A stretch of 64,000 bases of DNA, taken from NCBI GenBank assembly GCA_963555815.3, contig CAUVWX020000001.1:512001-576000 (forward strand). Direction: 5' to 3'. Below, in pieces: positions 39,741 through 50,100 of this stretch (its first letter is position 1; each line of letters starts with the position of its first letter). A model generated the notes under the pieces. It saw only the letters and a list, made by a program, of their open reading frames with translations, was not told the DNA's origin and ran no database searches. The DNA is from a bacterium (GTDB taxonomy: Bacteria > UBA8248 > JACPRG01 > G963555815). The position numbers and the translations under genes are program-made.

Positions 39741-40022
39741 ATGGCGCGTGGGACCGTCAAGTGGTTCAACGAGGCGAAGGGGTTTGGCTTTATCACCCAG
39801 GAAGACGGAAAGGACGTATTTGTCCACTTTTCGTCTATAAAGGGAGATGGCTTCAGGACCCTGGGGGAAGGCGAAGCCGTCGAGTTCGACATCGAGACGG
39901 ACGCCAAAGGCCCAAGGGCCGTGAACGTGGTGAGGGCCGGCCAACAGTCGAAGCAGCCGGGACAGCCGGGACAGCCGGGACAGCCGGGACAGCCGGAGCA
40001 GTCGGAACAGCCGGCTCCTTAA
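39741..40022 (+). CDS. cold-shock protein with QPG-repeat tail
   Basis: [15 protein letters not shown] and DVFVHFS (RNP1/RNP2). Confidence 0.95.
   Translation: MARGTVKWFNEAKGFGFITQEDGKDVFVHFSSIKGDGFRTLGEGEAVEFDIETDAKGPRAVNVVRAGQQSKQPGQPGQPGQPGQPEQSEQPAP
39954..39998 (+). repeat. 9-bp tandem repeat (cagccggga)x4 plus a variant
   Basis: Read directly from the sequence; encodes [15 protein letters not shown]. Confidence 0.9.
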
Positions 40023-40083
40023 CCAGACTCATGCCAGAGGGCACAGGGAGCAGGCAAAGCCCGTTTCCAGCTCTCATGATGGC

Positions 40084-40126
40084 GACAAAGGCCCCGGAGA
40101 TTTCTCCGGGGCCTTTGTCTTCTTTT
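40084..40126. terminator. intrinsic terminator between convergent csp and amidase genes
   Basis: Perfect inverted repeat gacaaaggccccggaga / tctccggggcctttgtc followed by ttctttt. Confidence 0.85.
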
Positions 40127-40206
40127 GGGGACTGACAATCCTTCCCCCTCCCAGCGAATCCTCCATCAGAGCCAGCGACCCTTGTTCGAAGGAGGCCTCC
40201 TGATCT

Positions 40207-41139
40207 TTAGAAGATATTCTTGGGCAACATGGCGTGGACCCCCTTATTACTGTTCACAAGCTGGGTCACTCGAAAGTCGACGGCGATGCTGCAGAGTGTA
40301 TAGGCATCCTCTGGGCTGAGACCCTGGACCTCTACGAGAAGCTCAATCATCTCCCGAAGGGCCCCTTTCGCGGCGTCATCCAGGTCGGGGTCAAACCCCA
40401 TCGTGATGTGATGAGTCGGGGTCTCGGCGCGGGGCACCTTGAGCGAAAGATCTTTTCGGACAATCAGGGTGAAGACCCCCGTCATGGCCGTCTCGATAGC
40501 GGTCAGGTTGACCTCGCCATCCCCCTGGGCGGCGTGGCCGTCGCCGGCTGAAAAGAGGGCGCCCGGATTGAAGACGGGGAGATAGAGTGTGGTTCCGGGG
40601 ACCAGCTCCTTATTGTCCATGTTGCCGCCATACTCTCTGGGCGGGAAGCTCGAGACCCGCCCGTATCTCGGAGGCGGGGCGACCGACAGGATCCCGAAGA
40701 AGGGCCGAAGGGGCACCTGGGTGTCAGAAAGCCCTTTCGCCACCATCCGCTCCCGGTCGAGAGGAATGACAACATAGCGGGAAAGGCAAAAATCCTCGGA
40801 GAGGGTCCCCATCAGCGGCAGCATCAGATTCCAGCCCCAGTCCTGGCGGAGCTGGACATCTTCTATCCGAACCTCCAGGACATCCCCAGGCTCAGCCCCC
40901 TTCACCCAGATGGGACCGGTCATGATGTGAGGGCCGGCGCCCCTTTCCACCTCCTCGTGGATGGATTTGAGCTCCGGCAAAACCTTGACCCTGTCCTTGA
41001 GGAGATCCGGCGGCCCTCCCCCCGAGACCGTATGGACGGTCACCCGGTCTCCCGACTCAACGGAGAGAACCGGCTTGAGCCGGCTGTCAAAGAAGCCCCA
41101 ATGGACGGTCTTTGGCGAGGCGTGAAGCTCGTGCTGCAT
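40207..41139 (-). CDS. acetamidase/formamidase family protein
   Basis: HIMTGPI.V.GAEPGD, GGNMD and GDGHAAQGDGEV motifs. Confidence 0.92.
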   Translation of the reverse strand: MQHELHASPKTVHWGFFDSRLKPVLSVESGDRVTVHTVSGGGPPDLLKDRVKVLPELKSIHEEVERGAGPHIMTGPIWVKGAEPGDVLEVRIEDVQLRQDWGWNLMLPLMGTLSEDFCLSRYVVIPLDRERMVAKGLSDTQVPLRPFFGILSVAPPPRYGRVSSFPPREYGGNMDNKELVPGTTLYLPVFNPGALFSAGDGHAAQGDGEVNLTAIETAMTGVFTLIVRKDLSLKVPRAETPTHHITMGFDPDLDDAAKGALREMIELLVEVQGLSPEDAYTLCSIAVDFRVTQLVNSNKGVHAMLPKNIF

Positions 41140-41196
41140 CCTTCACCTCCAACAGATGAAGGCCATCGGCAAACGGCGGAACTCACTCTAAAGGAT

Positions 41197-42645
41197 CTAT
41201 TCGTGAGTCCAGAGCTGGTTTCTTGTGGGCTGGCCGGGATTGATGCTCCCCTCGGGGTGGATTCCCAGGGCCCTCTTCTGAACCCGACCGAGGGCCTCCT
41301 CAACCTGGATCTTGCGGGCGGCGGCCTCTCTGAGGGTGCTGATAAAGACCGCCTCCACCGTGGCCCAGTCGGAGAACCCGGGCTGGAACCACCCTCGCCG
41401 GGTGCCGTGGATGGCGGGAGCAAAGGCCGAATGCCTCATGACAAAAGGAAGATTGAGCGTGGATTTCCGGATTGGCAGCCCACCTCCCGGCCCCTCAATC
41501 CACTTCTCCTGGACCTCCTTTGAGCTCATCCATTGGACGAGGAGATAGGCCGCCTCGGGGTTCTTGCTGTATCTGCTAATGACAAAGGGCCCGGCCTCGC
41601 CCCACCCCCCCGGTTCCATCCCCTCTTCCCTGACGGGGAGAAGGGAATAGCCGTAGAGCCCCACGGCCTTAGAGATCCTCGGGTCGTCAATAGCGAAAGA
41701 GAAGTCACTCCGATGGATAGCTTGGGCAACGTTCCCTTTGGTCATCCAGATAAAGAGACCCATGCGGCCAGTTTCGGTCACCTGGGGGGGAGCAAATCTT
41801 CGCATGTCAAACCACCACTTCATGGCCTCTATATTTCGTGGATGATCGAAGGTGGGACGCCCCTCCTCGTCAAACAGGCTACCCCCCCACCCCTGCAAGA
41901 CGGTGTACCACTCCCAAGCGGTGGACTGCTCCCGTTCTCCTGACAAGCCTATTCCATAAAAATCTTCCTCCAAGACCTTCCCCGCGAGTTCCTCACCCTT
42001 TTTTCGGGTAAAGAACTCGGCGACGTCCCTCATCTGCTGAAAAGTCTTCGCGGGCCCCAGGTCATAACCGTATTTCCTCTTAAAGACGGCCTGCTCCTCG
42101 GGGTGCGTGAAGAGGTCATTTCGATACCAGTAGATCTCCTGGAAGTTGAACGTCAGAAAGCAGGCCCGCTTTCCGCCTTCGAAGAGACAGTTGTCATCCC
42201 AAAGGGGCTGGAAAAAATCCTCGGGGTCGAGGTCCGGGTCCCGGAGCTCGCGGTCCTCCATAAAATCGTTAATCCAGCGCACATGGCCGTTGAGGGCCCA
42301 GTCCTGAGCCCGGTTGTGATGCATTTGAAGGACGTCGAAATGCCCAGTTCGGGAAAAAAGGTCGGCGTCGCCCTTTTCGTTCCATTGCTCAAGGCTATAT
42401 TTCTCGATCTTTACGTTGATCCCGGTGCGGGCGACGAACTCTCTCTCGACGAGCTTCAAGAGGCCGTTCATGACAGAGACGAGGGCCACCCCCAGGACGA
42501 TGGTCTTCCCCCGGTATGGCCGGGCCGCCTCCTCCAGGGTCAAACCAAAGGCCCCGGGTGTCAGAATCAAGCCCAGGGCAGCGACAAACCCCAGCCTTAG
42601 AGTCCCTTTCAGGGCCCCTCGCACAAATAAGCTTCTTTTCATCAA
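41197..42645 (-). CDS. extracellular solute-binding protein (carbohydrate ABC type)
   Basis: Signal peptide; YWYRNDLF; AEFF; SKNPEAAYLLVQW. Confidence 0.85.
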   Translation of the reverse strand: MMKRSLFVRGALKGTLRLGFVAALGLILTPGAFGLTLEEAARPYRGKTIVLGVALVSVMNGLLKLVEREFVARTGINVKIEKYSLEQWNEKGDADLFSRTGHFDVLQMHHNRAQDWALNGHVRWINDFMEDRELRDPDLDPEDFFQPLWDDNCLFEGGKRACFLTFNFQEIYWYRNDLFTHPEEQAVFKRKYGYDLGPAKTFQQMRDVAEFFTRKKGEELAGKVLEEDFYGIGLSGEREQSTAWEWYTVLQGWGGSLFDEEGRPTFDHPRNIEAMKWWFDMRRFAPPQVTETGRMGLFIWMTKGNVAQAIHRSDFSFAIDDPRISKAVGLYGYSLLPVREEGMEPGGWGEAGPFVISRYSKNPEAAYLLVQWMSSKEVQEKWIEGPGGGLPIRKSTLNLPFVMRHSAFAPAIHGTRRGWFQPGFSDWATVEAVFISTLREAAARKIQVEEALGRVQKRALGIHPEGSINPGQPTRNQLWTHE

Positions 42646-42723
42646 GAGGCCTGGTTCCAGAGATGGGCTTCGAGAGACAGCGCTATCTTCCTCTCCTCCG
42701 ACGGAGAGCCCCCAAGCGACCGT

Positions 42724-43461
42724 TTAGAGTCTATTGAGGCATTTTACCACCTTGATCATCATATCGTTCAGGGCCTGCTGGAGGATCCTCCCGCCGGTCT
42801 CGTTCACCACGTTCCCATCCTCGTCCTGGCCGAAGCTCCCCCAGGGCGTGACGATACTTCCCCCGGATACCTTGAAGACTTTCTTTATGACGGATGTCCT
42901 GGAGGCCAGGATCTCCCGCGTCTCGATGTCCACGAGGCGCCCCGCCACCTGGACAGTATAGGTGACCGACCCTCCGCTACCGCCAAGCCCGAACCTTCCG
43001 ATTGAGATGCCCCGCCGGCCCTTTCCCTTCACGATGTTGAAGTCTGTCACCGATCCCATGAAGGCCAGGTTCGTCCCCAGGTGTTTTCCCACTTGGGCGG
43101 CCGTGTCGTCATCGACGAGGTCCGAGACATTGTGTCTCAGCTCCCTCATGATCTTTTCGAACTCGGGGCCCGTTGCCTCTATCGTCCGAAAACCGGCGTC
43201 CTGAAGGAACTCAATGAGAAAATCGCTCGATGCGTTCCCCAGAAAGGCATACCGAGAGAGAGATTTGTTGACAAAAGCGAAGATGGCCACCTTCTGGCCG
43301 AAAAACTTATCGCTCACTTCGGGGATCGGCTGGAGGACCGCCTCCTGCCCCACCTCAAATGCCACCTCGGGCTCTTGAGCAAATCCCTGCCCTTGCGCAA
43401 AGCCCATTACAAAAAGGGCTGCGAACAAGAGGACTCTGCCTGACCATGACCACCTTTTCAT
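42724..43461 (-). CDS. CsgG/HfaB-family protein
   Basis: Signal peptide; VAIFAFVNKS; TAAQVGK..G; GSVTDF; RLVDIETREIL; ATG at 43461 after GGAGG. Confidence 0.75.
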   Translation of the reverse strand: MKRWSWSGRVLLFAALFVMGFAQGQGFAQEPEVAFEVGQEAVLQPIPEVSDKFFGQKVAIFAFVNKSLSRYAFLGNASSDFLIEFLQDAGFRTIEATGPEFEKIMRELRHNVSDLVDDDTAAQVGKHLGTNLAFMGSVTDFNIVKGKGRRGISIGRFGLGGSGGSVTYTVQVAGRLVDIETREILASRTSVIKKVFKVSGGSIVTPWGSFGQDEDGNVVNETGGRILQQALNDMMIKVVKCLNRL

Positions 43462-43925
43462 CTTCCCTCCTCCTCGCTCTCTCCCCGATGTCCCCGCAAC
43501 TTTCTTAAGTTTTCCCCTTCGGCCGCACTCGGGGTTAAACCCGCCACCAGGAACGAAATCCCACCTAGAACCAAATAGATGACCCTTCTCTGGAATCGCA
43601 TTCTCGCCTATATCAATAGGATAAATTTTCTCACAGCCCGCTTTGGGATTCAACGGCGACTCAGGTAATTTTAAAAATAGGTGAAGAATGACCCTGGAGC
43701 AAGGCAAAAGCTTCGGGCCTGCGATAGGGAGTTTTTCACCCCTTCGGAGGAAATGAGCGGATGGTTTGACACGGAGGCCTGCAGGCGATAGCTTTGTCCC
43801 GTTTCCAGAATGTGGCGGTGATTGCGGGACTATTCCGAAGAGGACCGCCGGCTCGACTTGCACGGTCGGCTTGACCGAGGAGAGGGCCCCTTCTCAAGGG
43901 ACTTCTCCTAAAAAAGGCTTTGCCC

Positions 43926-45692
43926 ATGAGCTCTACTTCCTACCAAACGGGGCCCGTCCGGGGGATTTCACGCTCCACTTCCATTCTCCTCATCCTCCTT
44001 ATCCTTGGGCTCGCCCTCACCCTGCGGACCGTGGGGATTGGCCAACCGATCAGCGCCGCCTTTCACCCCGTGAACTCTTTAGCGGCTGGATTCAGGTTGA
44101 CGCTGGCGCCCCTCTTGGGAGGCGAATCCCCCCTCGATAACTTCTTCGGCCAGCTTTTTGTCTTCTACCGGGGGGTGACTGCCCCTCTTGTCCTGCTCAT
44201 TGAGCTAAAGGTCCTGGCCCTCCTGGGGGCGAGGTTTTCAGAGTTTCTCCTCGCCCTCCCTTTTGTCCTGATCGGGGTGCTCGGGGTTTTTTGTCTCTAT
44301 GCCCTGGGTCGGCGCTGGTTCGGCACCAGGGCGGGCCTTCTCGCGGCCCTCTTCCTCACCCTCGCCTCCTGGCACGTGGCAAACTCCAGGACCCCCCAGG
44401 CCCTGGTGGCCGTCTTCCTGGTTCAGGTCCTGGTCTTCCTCACGTTAGACAAGCTCTTCGAGACAAGACGTCGGATCTGGGCGCTCTTGGCGTCCCTTGC
44501 TCTCCTCTTAGAAGTCCTCTCCAATAACGGCTTCCCCTTCACTATTGTAGCGGTCTTGTATTTTCTTCGGGCCAGGGGGGAGAGGTCTTGGCAGAAAACC
44601 TGGCATCTTCTTCGGCAGACACGGTTTCTCCCCCTCGCGGCCATCCCGCTCGTGGCCATTCTGGCCCAGGGGCTTTTGTTCCTCCTCGCCATCCGGCGAA
44701 ATGAATTGATGGGTCTTCTGGCCTGGTCCAATCAACACAGCCGCTTCTTCTTCGACGTCGGCCCCTCGGTCATCATTCACGGCGAGGGGCAGGGCATCGT
44801 GACCAATATGCTGGGAAGCCTTCGCAACATCGGGGTGGGGCTGAATTTCTTCTTCGCCTTCTTCGGCCTTCTCGGCTTCATTGTCTATTTCCGCCACCTC
44901 TGGCAGTTCAACATCAAGGGATTTCTGGTTTTTTGGTATCTTGTCCTGGGGGTACCCCAGATCATCTTCTTCTTCACCTTTCCCGAGATTGCGGCGACCA
45001 ACATCGCCATCCCGATCCTTCTCCTGGGGTCCTCCCTCTTGTCCGACCTGTGGCAGATATCGCGAAGAAAGGTCGTCTTGCAAGTGGCGGCGGGAGGCCT
45101 TTTGGCCGGGGTCGCGCTGGAAGGTTTTTTGGCGTCCCTTCACGTGAACTACAGCTTCTCCACCCCCAACCGCGCTTGGTATTTTCCGGCTGAGGCCGAG
45201 AACGGCTACGGGTCAGGCCGCGGCTATCGCGCCATCAAATCCACCGCCTACTTCGTCCGGACCCAGATCCCAGAGGAGGCGAAGGTCCACGTGAACCATC
45301 ACGACCTCCTCTCAGAGCTCTATTTCGACCGGCAGCTTTGCCTCTGCGGTGGGCAGGGACTAAAAACCCTTTTCAGAAAGGACGAAGACCTTCGCACCCC
45401 CGACATCGACTACTTCGTGGAATACAATCCACTTCTGGACGGGTGGGGAAATCTCACCGATCTAAATGCCTACAGGGCGTGGAAGGAAAAGAGCGTTCGG
45501 GGCCCCGAATTTCCCCTCATTGCGACCATCGTGGACGGAGACCTGGTCCTGGCAAAAATTTTCAGCCGAAGGCCGGCTGAGCCCTTGAGGTTTGACCACG
45601 GCGACCTGGCCAGAAGGTTTGGCGAGGAGTTTTACTTCCCCAAGATCTTTGCCCAGAATCCCCGCGTCGGGATGACCTTCTGGCGGGAGTGA
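43926..45692 (+). CDS. GT-C membrane glycosyltransferase (ArnT/PMT-like, GT39)
   Basis: LYALGRRWFG..AGLLAALFL...WHVANSR pattern; many TM helices. Confidence 0.7.
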   Translation: MSSTSYQTGPVRGISRSTSILLILLILGLALTLRTVGIGQPISAAFHPVNSLAAGFRLTLAPLLGGESPLDNFFGQLFVFYRGVTAPLVLLIELKVLALLGARFSEFLLALPFVLIGVLGVFCLYALGRRWFGTRAGLLAALFLTLASWHVANSRTPQALVAVFLVQVLVFLTLDKLFETRRRIWALLASLALLLEVLSNNGFPFTIVAVLYFLRARGERSWQKTWHLLRQTRFLPLAAIPLVAILAQGLLFLLAIRRNELMGLLAWSNQHSRFFFDVGPSVIIHGEGQGIVTNMLGSLRNIGVGLNFFFAFFGLLGFIVYFRHLWQFNIKGFLVFWYLVLGVPQIIFFFTFPEIAATNIAIPILLLGSSLLSDLWQISRRKVVLQVAAGGLLAGVALEGFLASLHVNYSFSTPNRAWYFPAEAENGYGSGRGYRAIKSTAYFVRTQIPEEAKVHVNHHDLLSELYFDRQLCLCGGQGLKTLFRKDEDLRTPDIDYFVEYNPLLDGWGNLTDLNAYRAWKEKSVRGPEFPLIATIVDGDLVLAKIFSRRPAEPLRFDHGDLARRFGEEFYFPKIFAQNPRVGMTFWRE

Positions 45693-45707
45693 ACTTAACT
45701 CACCTCG

Positions 45708-46517
45708 ATGGAACTGAAAGCGCTTTTCTCAGTCAAAAAGCCTCTCCTGGGCATGGTCCACCTCCTCCCACTCCCCGGGAGCCCCAGCTACGGCGGGGAC
45801 TTGGGGGTGATCCTGGAGCGAGCCCTCGAGGACGGACAGACCCTTCGGGCGGGGGGTGCACATGGCCTCGTCATTGAGAATTTTGGGGACCTCCCCTTCC
45901 TTCCGGGGAGGGTGGAGGCCATCACCGTGGCGGCCATGACCCGCGTCGTCTCTGAGGTCCGCCGGTCCGTGGACCTCCCCTGCGGGGTGAGCGTCCTTCG
46001 GAACGACGCCGAGGCGGCCCTCAGCATTGCGACTGCCACAGGATCATCCTTCATCCGCGTCGGGATCCACATCGGCGCCATGGTGACCGATCAGGGGATC
46101 ATCCAGGGTCGAGCCCACAAGACGCTTCGCCTTCGGAGCCAACTTGGCGTCCCTCTAAAAATCTTCGCCGACCTTCAGGTGAAACACGCCCATCCCCTTG
46201 GCACCCCGGACCCAGAGCGCGAGGCGAGAGATCTGACGGGAAGGGGGTTGGCCGACGCGGTGGTGGTGTCGGGCGTGGCGACGGGGGAACCGGCTGACCT
46301 AGAGGTCGTGGACCAAATTAAAAGTGCGATCCCAGAAACCCCGGTTCTGGTGGGCAGCGGTGTGTGCGAAGAAAATGTGGAGGCTACGCTGAAAGTGGCG
46401 GATGGGGCCATCGTGGGCACCCACCTGAAGGAAGGGGGGCTCATCGACCGTCCCGTCGACCAGGCCCGCGTGGAGGCTCTGGTGCGAAAAGGCCGTTCAG
46501 TCCCTCTGTCTTCCTGA
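45708..46517 (+). CDS. BtpA/SgcQ family TIM-barrel protein
   Basis: GMVHLLPLPGSP, IENFGD.PF, VKHA and DGAIVGT motifs. Confidence 0.9.
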   Translation: MELKALFSVKKPLLGMVHLLPLPGSPSYGGDLGVILERALEDGQTLRAGGAHGLVIENFGDLPFLPGRVEAITVAAMTRVVSEVRRSVDLPCGVSVLRNDAEAALSIATATGSSFIRVGIHIGAMVTDQGIIQGRAHKTLRLRSQLGVPLKIFADLQVKHAHPLGTPDPEREARDLTGRGLADAVVVSGVATGEPADLEVVDQIKSAIPETPVLVGSGVCEENVEATLKVADGAIVGTHLKEGGLIDRPVDQARVEALVRKGRSVPLSS

Positions 46518-46526
46518 AAGGTTCTC

Positions 46527-47480
46527 ATGGAGATCATCTCCGTCAGCCGCAGGACGGACATCCCGGCCTTCTACGCCGAATGGTTTCGAGGCAGATTCCG
46601 GGCGGGATGCGTGCGGTGGCGAAATCCCTATGGAGGCAAACCCCAGGAGGTCTCTTTGCGGCCTGAAGACGTGCGGGGCTATGTCTTCTGGTCCAGGAAC
46701 TACGGTCCATTCCTTTCTGTTTTGGATGAGATCTCTAGGACTGGAGTCCCTTTCTATTGCCACTACACCCTCACGGGGCTTCCAGGGGCCCTGGAGCCCA
46801 GAGTCCCGCCCTGGACTCGGGGCGTCGAAGTGGCTCGCACGCTGGCCGACACCTTCGGCCCTGACCGCCTCGTCTGGCGCTACGACCCCATCGTCCTCTC
46901 CTCAGCGACGCAGGCGGATTTTCATCGGCGCCGGTTTGGAGAGATGGCTCGCCACCTTGCCGGGGCGACCCGGCGCTGCATCATGAGCTTCACCGTCTTC
47001 TACCGCAAGGTGCTGCGAAACGCAGAGGATCTTCGGGCCGAGAAGGGGATCCGTCTCCTTGACCCGAACGTAGATGAGAGGCGGGCGCTGGCCGCTGAGC
47101 TCTCCGAGATGGCGCATGCGGAAGGGATCGCCCTGGAGGCATGCTGCAGCGATGATCTGCTTTCCACTGCCGGGGGTGGGAAGATCGGGAAGGCGAGGTG
47201 CGTGGATGCGGCCCGGCTGCTGGCGCTAGGGGGTCGCGCGGAGGAAGTCCGGGAATCGGTGCCCTCTCGGCCTACGCGCGAGGAGTGCGGCTGTTCCGCG
47301 AGCCGGGACATCGGCGCCTACGACACCTGCCCCCATGGATGCGTCTACTGCTACGCCAATTCCAGTCCAGCCCTCGCCCTAACACATTTTCGGACCCTCA
47401 GGGCCGGAAACCCTCAGAGGGTCGAGCTCGTCCCCCGAGAGGAACAAGGGGCTCAACGCGCCGCAGGCCACTCTTCCTAA
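46527..47480 (+). CDS. DUF1848 family protein (radical-SAM-like)
   Basis: IISVSRRTDIPAFY, WRYDPI and DIGAYDTCPHGCVYCYA motifs. Confidence 0.88.
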   Translation: MEIISVSRRTDIPAFYAEWFRGRFRAGCVRWRNPYGGKPQEVSLRPEDVRGYVFWSRNYGPFLSVLDEISRTGVPFYCHYTLTGLPGALEPRVPPWTRGVEVARTLADTFGPDRLVWRYDPIVLSSATQADFHRRRFGEMARHLAGATRRCIMSFTVFYRKVLRNAEDLRAEKGIRLLDPNVDERRALAAELSEMAHAEGIALEACCSDDLLSTAGGGKIGKARCVDAARLLALGGRAEEVRESVPSRPTREECGCSASRDIGAYDTCPHGCVYCYANSSPALALTHFRTLRAGNPQRVELVPREEQGAQRAAGHSS

Positions 47481-47724
47481 TGCCCTGCCGCTCTTCTGGT
47501 CACCTGAAAGTTCAATGGGAAAAACAGGTTGGCCGGGGAGGGAAACTTACCGAAGCAACGTCTATGGAATACCCCTTTACATGGGGCCCTCAGCTTCTAA
47601 CCCTTCTTCTATTTGGCTCGGACCTACATTCCAATCGCTAAAAGAATTAAAGAATCCAGCCTGGCACAGGCATTCAGAGCGTCCGAGCTACGGCCTGGGA
47701 GAGATCAATCCTCCCAGGTGGAGA

Positions 47725-47838
47725 CTACCGACGACGAGCCTTTTTCTTAGCTTTCTTCTTCGTAGTCTTTTTCTTCTTAGTCGTTGCCTCCTTCTTTGCT
47801 TTCTTCTTTGTGACCTTCTTCTTTCTCTTTACTGGCAT
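47725..47838 (-). CDS. small Lys-rich basic protein (37 aa, histone H1-like composition)
   Basis: GGGAGG RBS, then MPVKRKKKVTKKKAKKEATTKKKKTTKKKAKKKARRR*; downstream hairpin cctgggag...ctcccagg. Confidence 0.75.
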   Translation of the reverse strand: MPVKRKKKVTKKKAKKEATTKKKKTTKKKAKKKARRR

Positions 47839-48311
47839 ACAACTTCCTCCCTTCGTTGTCTCTACGTGCTCTCATCAATCCTCACGCCTGCGCCAAAGCC
47901 TGAGGCTAAAATCTAGAATAATATGATGCATAAAAAAAATTTAGCAATCTTTTTCGTCACAAAATGAAAAAAAATTTACATCCAGTGACGGGGATTTTTT
48001 CGATCCGTCGGTCCGAGATCAGAATCAAGAAAGAAAATCATTTCGTCCAAGTGATTTCTGACTCCCTACTCACCTCGAAGGAAGATTCATGCAAATCCCT
48101 ATCATATAAGGGTTCGCATAGAGTTTAGTTTTTTAATGGTCGCTCTTGAACGTCCACCCGACGTCTTTGAAGAAGGAGTCGCCGGCCATTTCTTTCGTTC
48201 AGAACGGGCAGAAAGATCGCGATGTTGTGAGGAGAAAAAAGTTTGCTGAAACTTTAGACAAACGTGGAAAAAATGGAAATTGATCTAAAATTCTTTAAGT
48301 CCGCCGCCGTT

Positions 48312-48692
48312 CTAAGATCTTGCCCGTGGGTCTGCGTAAGATTTCAGGATCTCTGGAAGGACCTCTACGAAGGTCGAGCGGATGAGGACCTCGTTGCAAC
48401 CTGCCTCTAGCGCCTGTTGTCGAAGCTCCACGCTGGTATGGCGCAAAAAACCGACGATGGGGATCCCTTGCGTCTTTGAATTCCCCTTGAGGTTTCGGAC
48501 AAGGCTCACCGGGTCTCCCCCCACTGAGTCCAGATCCACCACGATGAGGGGTGGGACCTCCTGACTTACGGTCTCAAGGACCTGCTCACAGGTGACAAGA
48601 CACCGCATGGATATGCCAAGCGCTCGGGCCGCCGCGTCCAGCTTGGACGAGAAAAAGAGATCCCCAACGGCAATGAGGATGGGACTGGCCAT
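48312..48692 (-). CDS. single-domain response regulator receiver (atypical)
   Basis: PPLIVVDL, IPIVGF and ALEAGC CheY-like pattern. Confidence 0.8.
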   Translation of the reverse strand: MASPILIAVGDLFFSSKLDAAARALGISMRCLVTCEQVLETVSQEVPPLIVVDLDSVGGDPVSLVRNLKGNSKTQGIPIVGFLRHTSVELRQQALEAGCNEVLIRSTFVEVLPEILKSYADPRARS

Positions 48693-48960
48693 ATCTCCCT
48701 CCCAGAGGGGGTCCGCTTAGACCCGGAGAAGAGAGCTCCGGGTGCCTCACCCACCTATTGTATCCCAGAGGGCGAAATTCTTATCTTCTGTGGAGCCCTC
48801 CCCGCTCTCGTTTCAGCTCCGGCTCAACCGATGGCCACAACTCCCACCGGGAGGTTAAGAGGATAACACGGGCATACAGGGGCGGCGTTGACACGAAATC
48901 CTTTCCACCCTATTTTGAAGAGTATCCCTTTAATCCCCTCTCTCGTAGAGGTGTATTCAA

Positions 48961-50073
48961 GTGCCCACGCTGCTGACGGCGAAGAACGGGAAGCCTGATC
49001 TCAAGGGCCTCACCGAGAGGGAGTTCCTGGAACTCGCCGAGGATCTCGGCCTTCCCCCTTACCGGGGACGACAGTTAGCGCGCTGGGTCTTCGTCCGGGG
49101 GAGCCGGTCCTTCGATGAGATGACGGACCTGCCCAAGGACCTTCGGCCTCGCCTGGCGGAATCATGCACGATTACCCACCTCGTCCCCGAGACCTTTCAG
49201 GCCTCCCGGGACGGAATCCGAAAATTTCTCTTCCGCACCTCCGTCGGCCATCCCTTCGAGAGCGTCCTCATCCCAGACTCAGGCCGCCTCACGCTCTGTC
49301 TCTCGGTCCAGGCGGGGTGTCGCATGGGGTGCGCCTTCTGTGCTACGGGAACCTTGGGACTTCTGGAGCAGCTCAAGGCCGCCTCGATCGTCGATCAATA
49401 TCTCGCCGCTCGTCGGGCAGCCCCCGAAGAGAGGATGACGAACCTGGTCTTCATGGGGATGGGGGAACCTCTCGACAACTATGAAGAAGTGGCAAGGGCA
49501 CTTCGGATCTTGACCCATCCCGCGTGGCTGGCGGTCTCACCTCGGCGAATCACGGTCTCAACCTGCGGCCTCGTCCCGGCGATGACCCGGTTCAAGGCAG
49601 AGTTTCCCCAGGTCCGCCTGGCCGTCTCCCTCGGTGCACCTGACGATGAGCGGCGAAACCAGCTTATCCCCGTCAACAAGAAATATCCCCTCGCCGTCCT
49701 CCTGGACGCCTGCCGACAGATTCATCTTCCACCACGTCAGCGCATCACGTTCGAGTACTGTCTCCTTTCCGGCGTCAACGATTCCCCTGAAGATGCGAGC
49801 CGCCTGGGCGAACTCCTAAAGGGGATCCGGTGCAAGGTGAACCTTATCCCCTTTAACGAATCCCCAGGGCTCCCCTACCGAAGACCCGAAGCGGCCGTCG
49901 TCAACCGGTTTGCCGCCCTGCTGTCGAAGGTCGGGATGACGGTCACTGTCCGGGAAAGCCGCGGGCGGGACATCGATGCCGCCTGCGGGCAGTTGGCGGG
50001 AAAATTCTCTCCGGGTCCAAATTCCACGGCCCGGATTCCATTGACAGACCCCCCCCGCGGGCGGATAGATTGA
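48961..50073 (+). CDS. rlmN: 23S rRNA m2A2503 methyltransferase
   Basis: GCRMGCAFC, MGMGEPL and DIDAACGQL motifs. Confidence 0.95.
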   Translation: MPTLLTAKNGKPDLKGLTEREFLELAEDLGLPPYRGRQLARWVFVRGSRSFDEMTDLPKDLRPRLAESCTITHLVPETFQASRDGIRKFLFRTSVGHPFESVLIPDSGRLTLCLSVQAGCRMGCAFCATGTLGLLEQLKAASIVDQYLAARRAAPEERMTNLVFMGMGEPLDNYEEVARALRILTHPAWLAVSPRRITVSTCGLVPAMTRFKAEFPQVRLAVSLGAPDDERRNQLIPVNKKYPLAVLLDACRQIHLPPRQRITFEYCLLSGVNDSPEDASRLGELLKGIRCKVNLIPFNESPGLPYRRPEAAVVNRFAALLSKVGMTVTVRESRGRDIDAACGQLAGKFSPGPNSTARIPLTDPPRGRID

Positions 50074-50100
50074 CGGCAAGTCTTTCTGAGGGCCGCTAGG

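Noticed and set aside
43462..43863. N-terminal extension of the CsgG-like ORF (likewise the recN and 10633 ORF extensions)
   Set aside because: Better starts with RBS or family-typical N-termini lie downstream, and the extensions look non-coding or overlap other genes.
47840..48310. Replication origin in the AT-rich region
   Set aside because: No TTATCCACA-type DnaA box cluster and no dnaA nearby.
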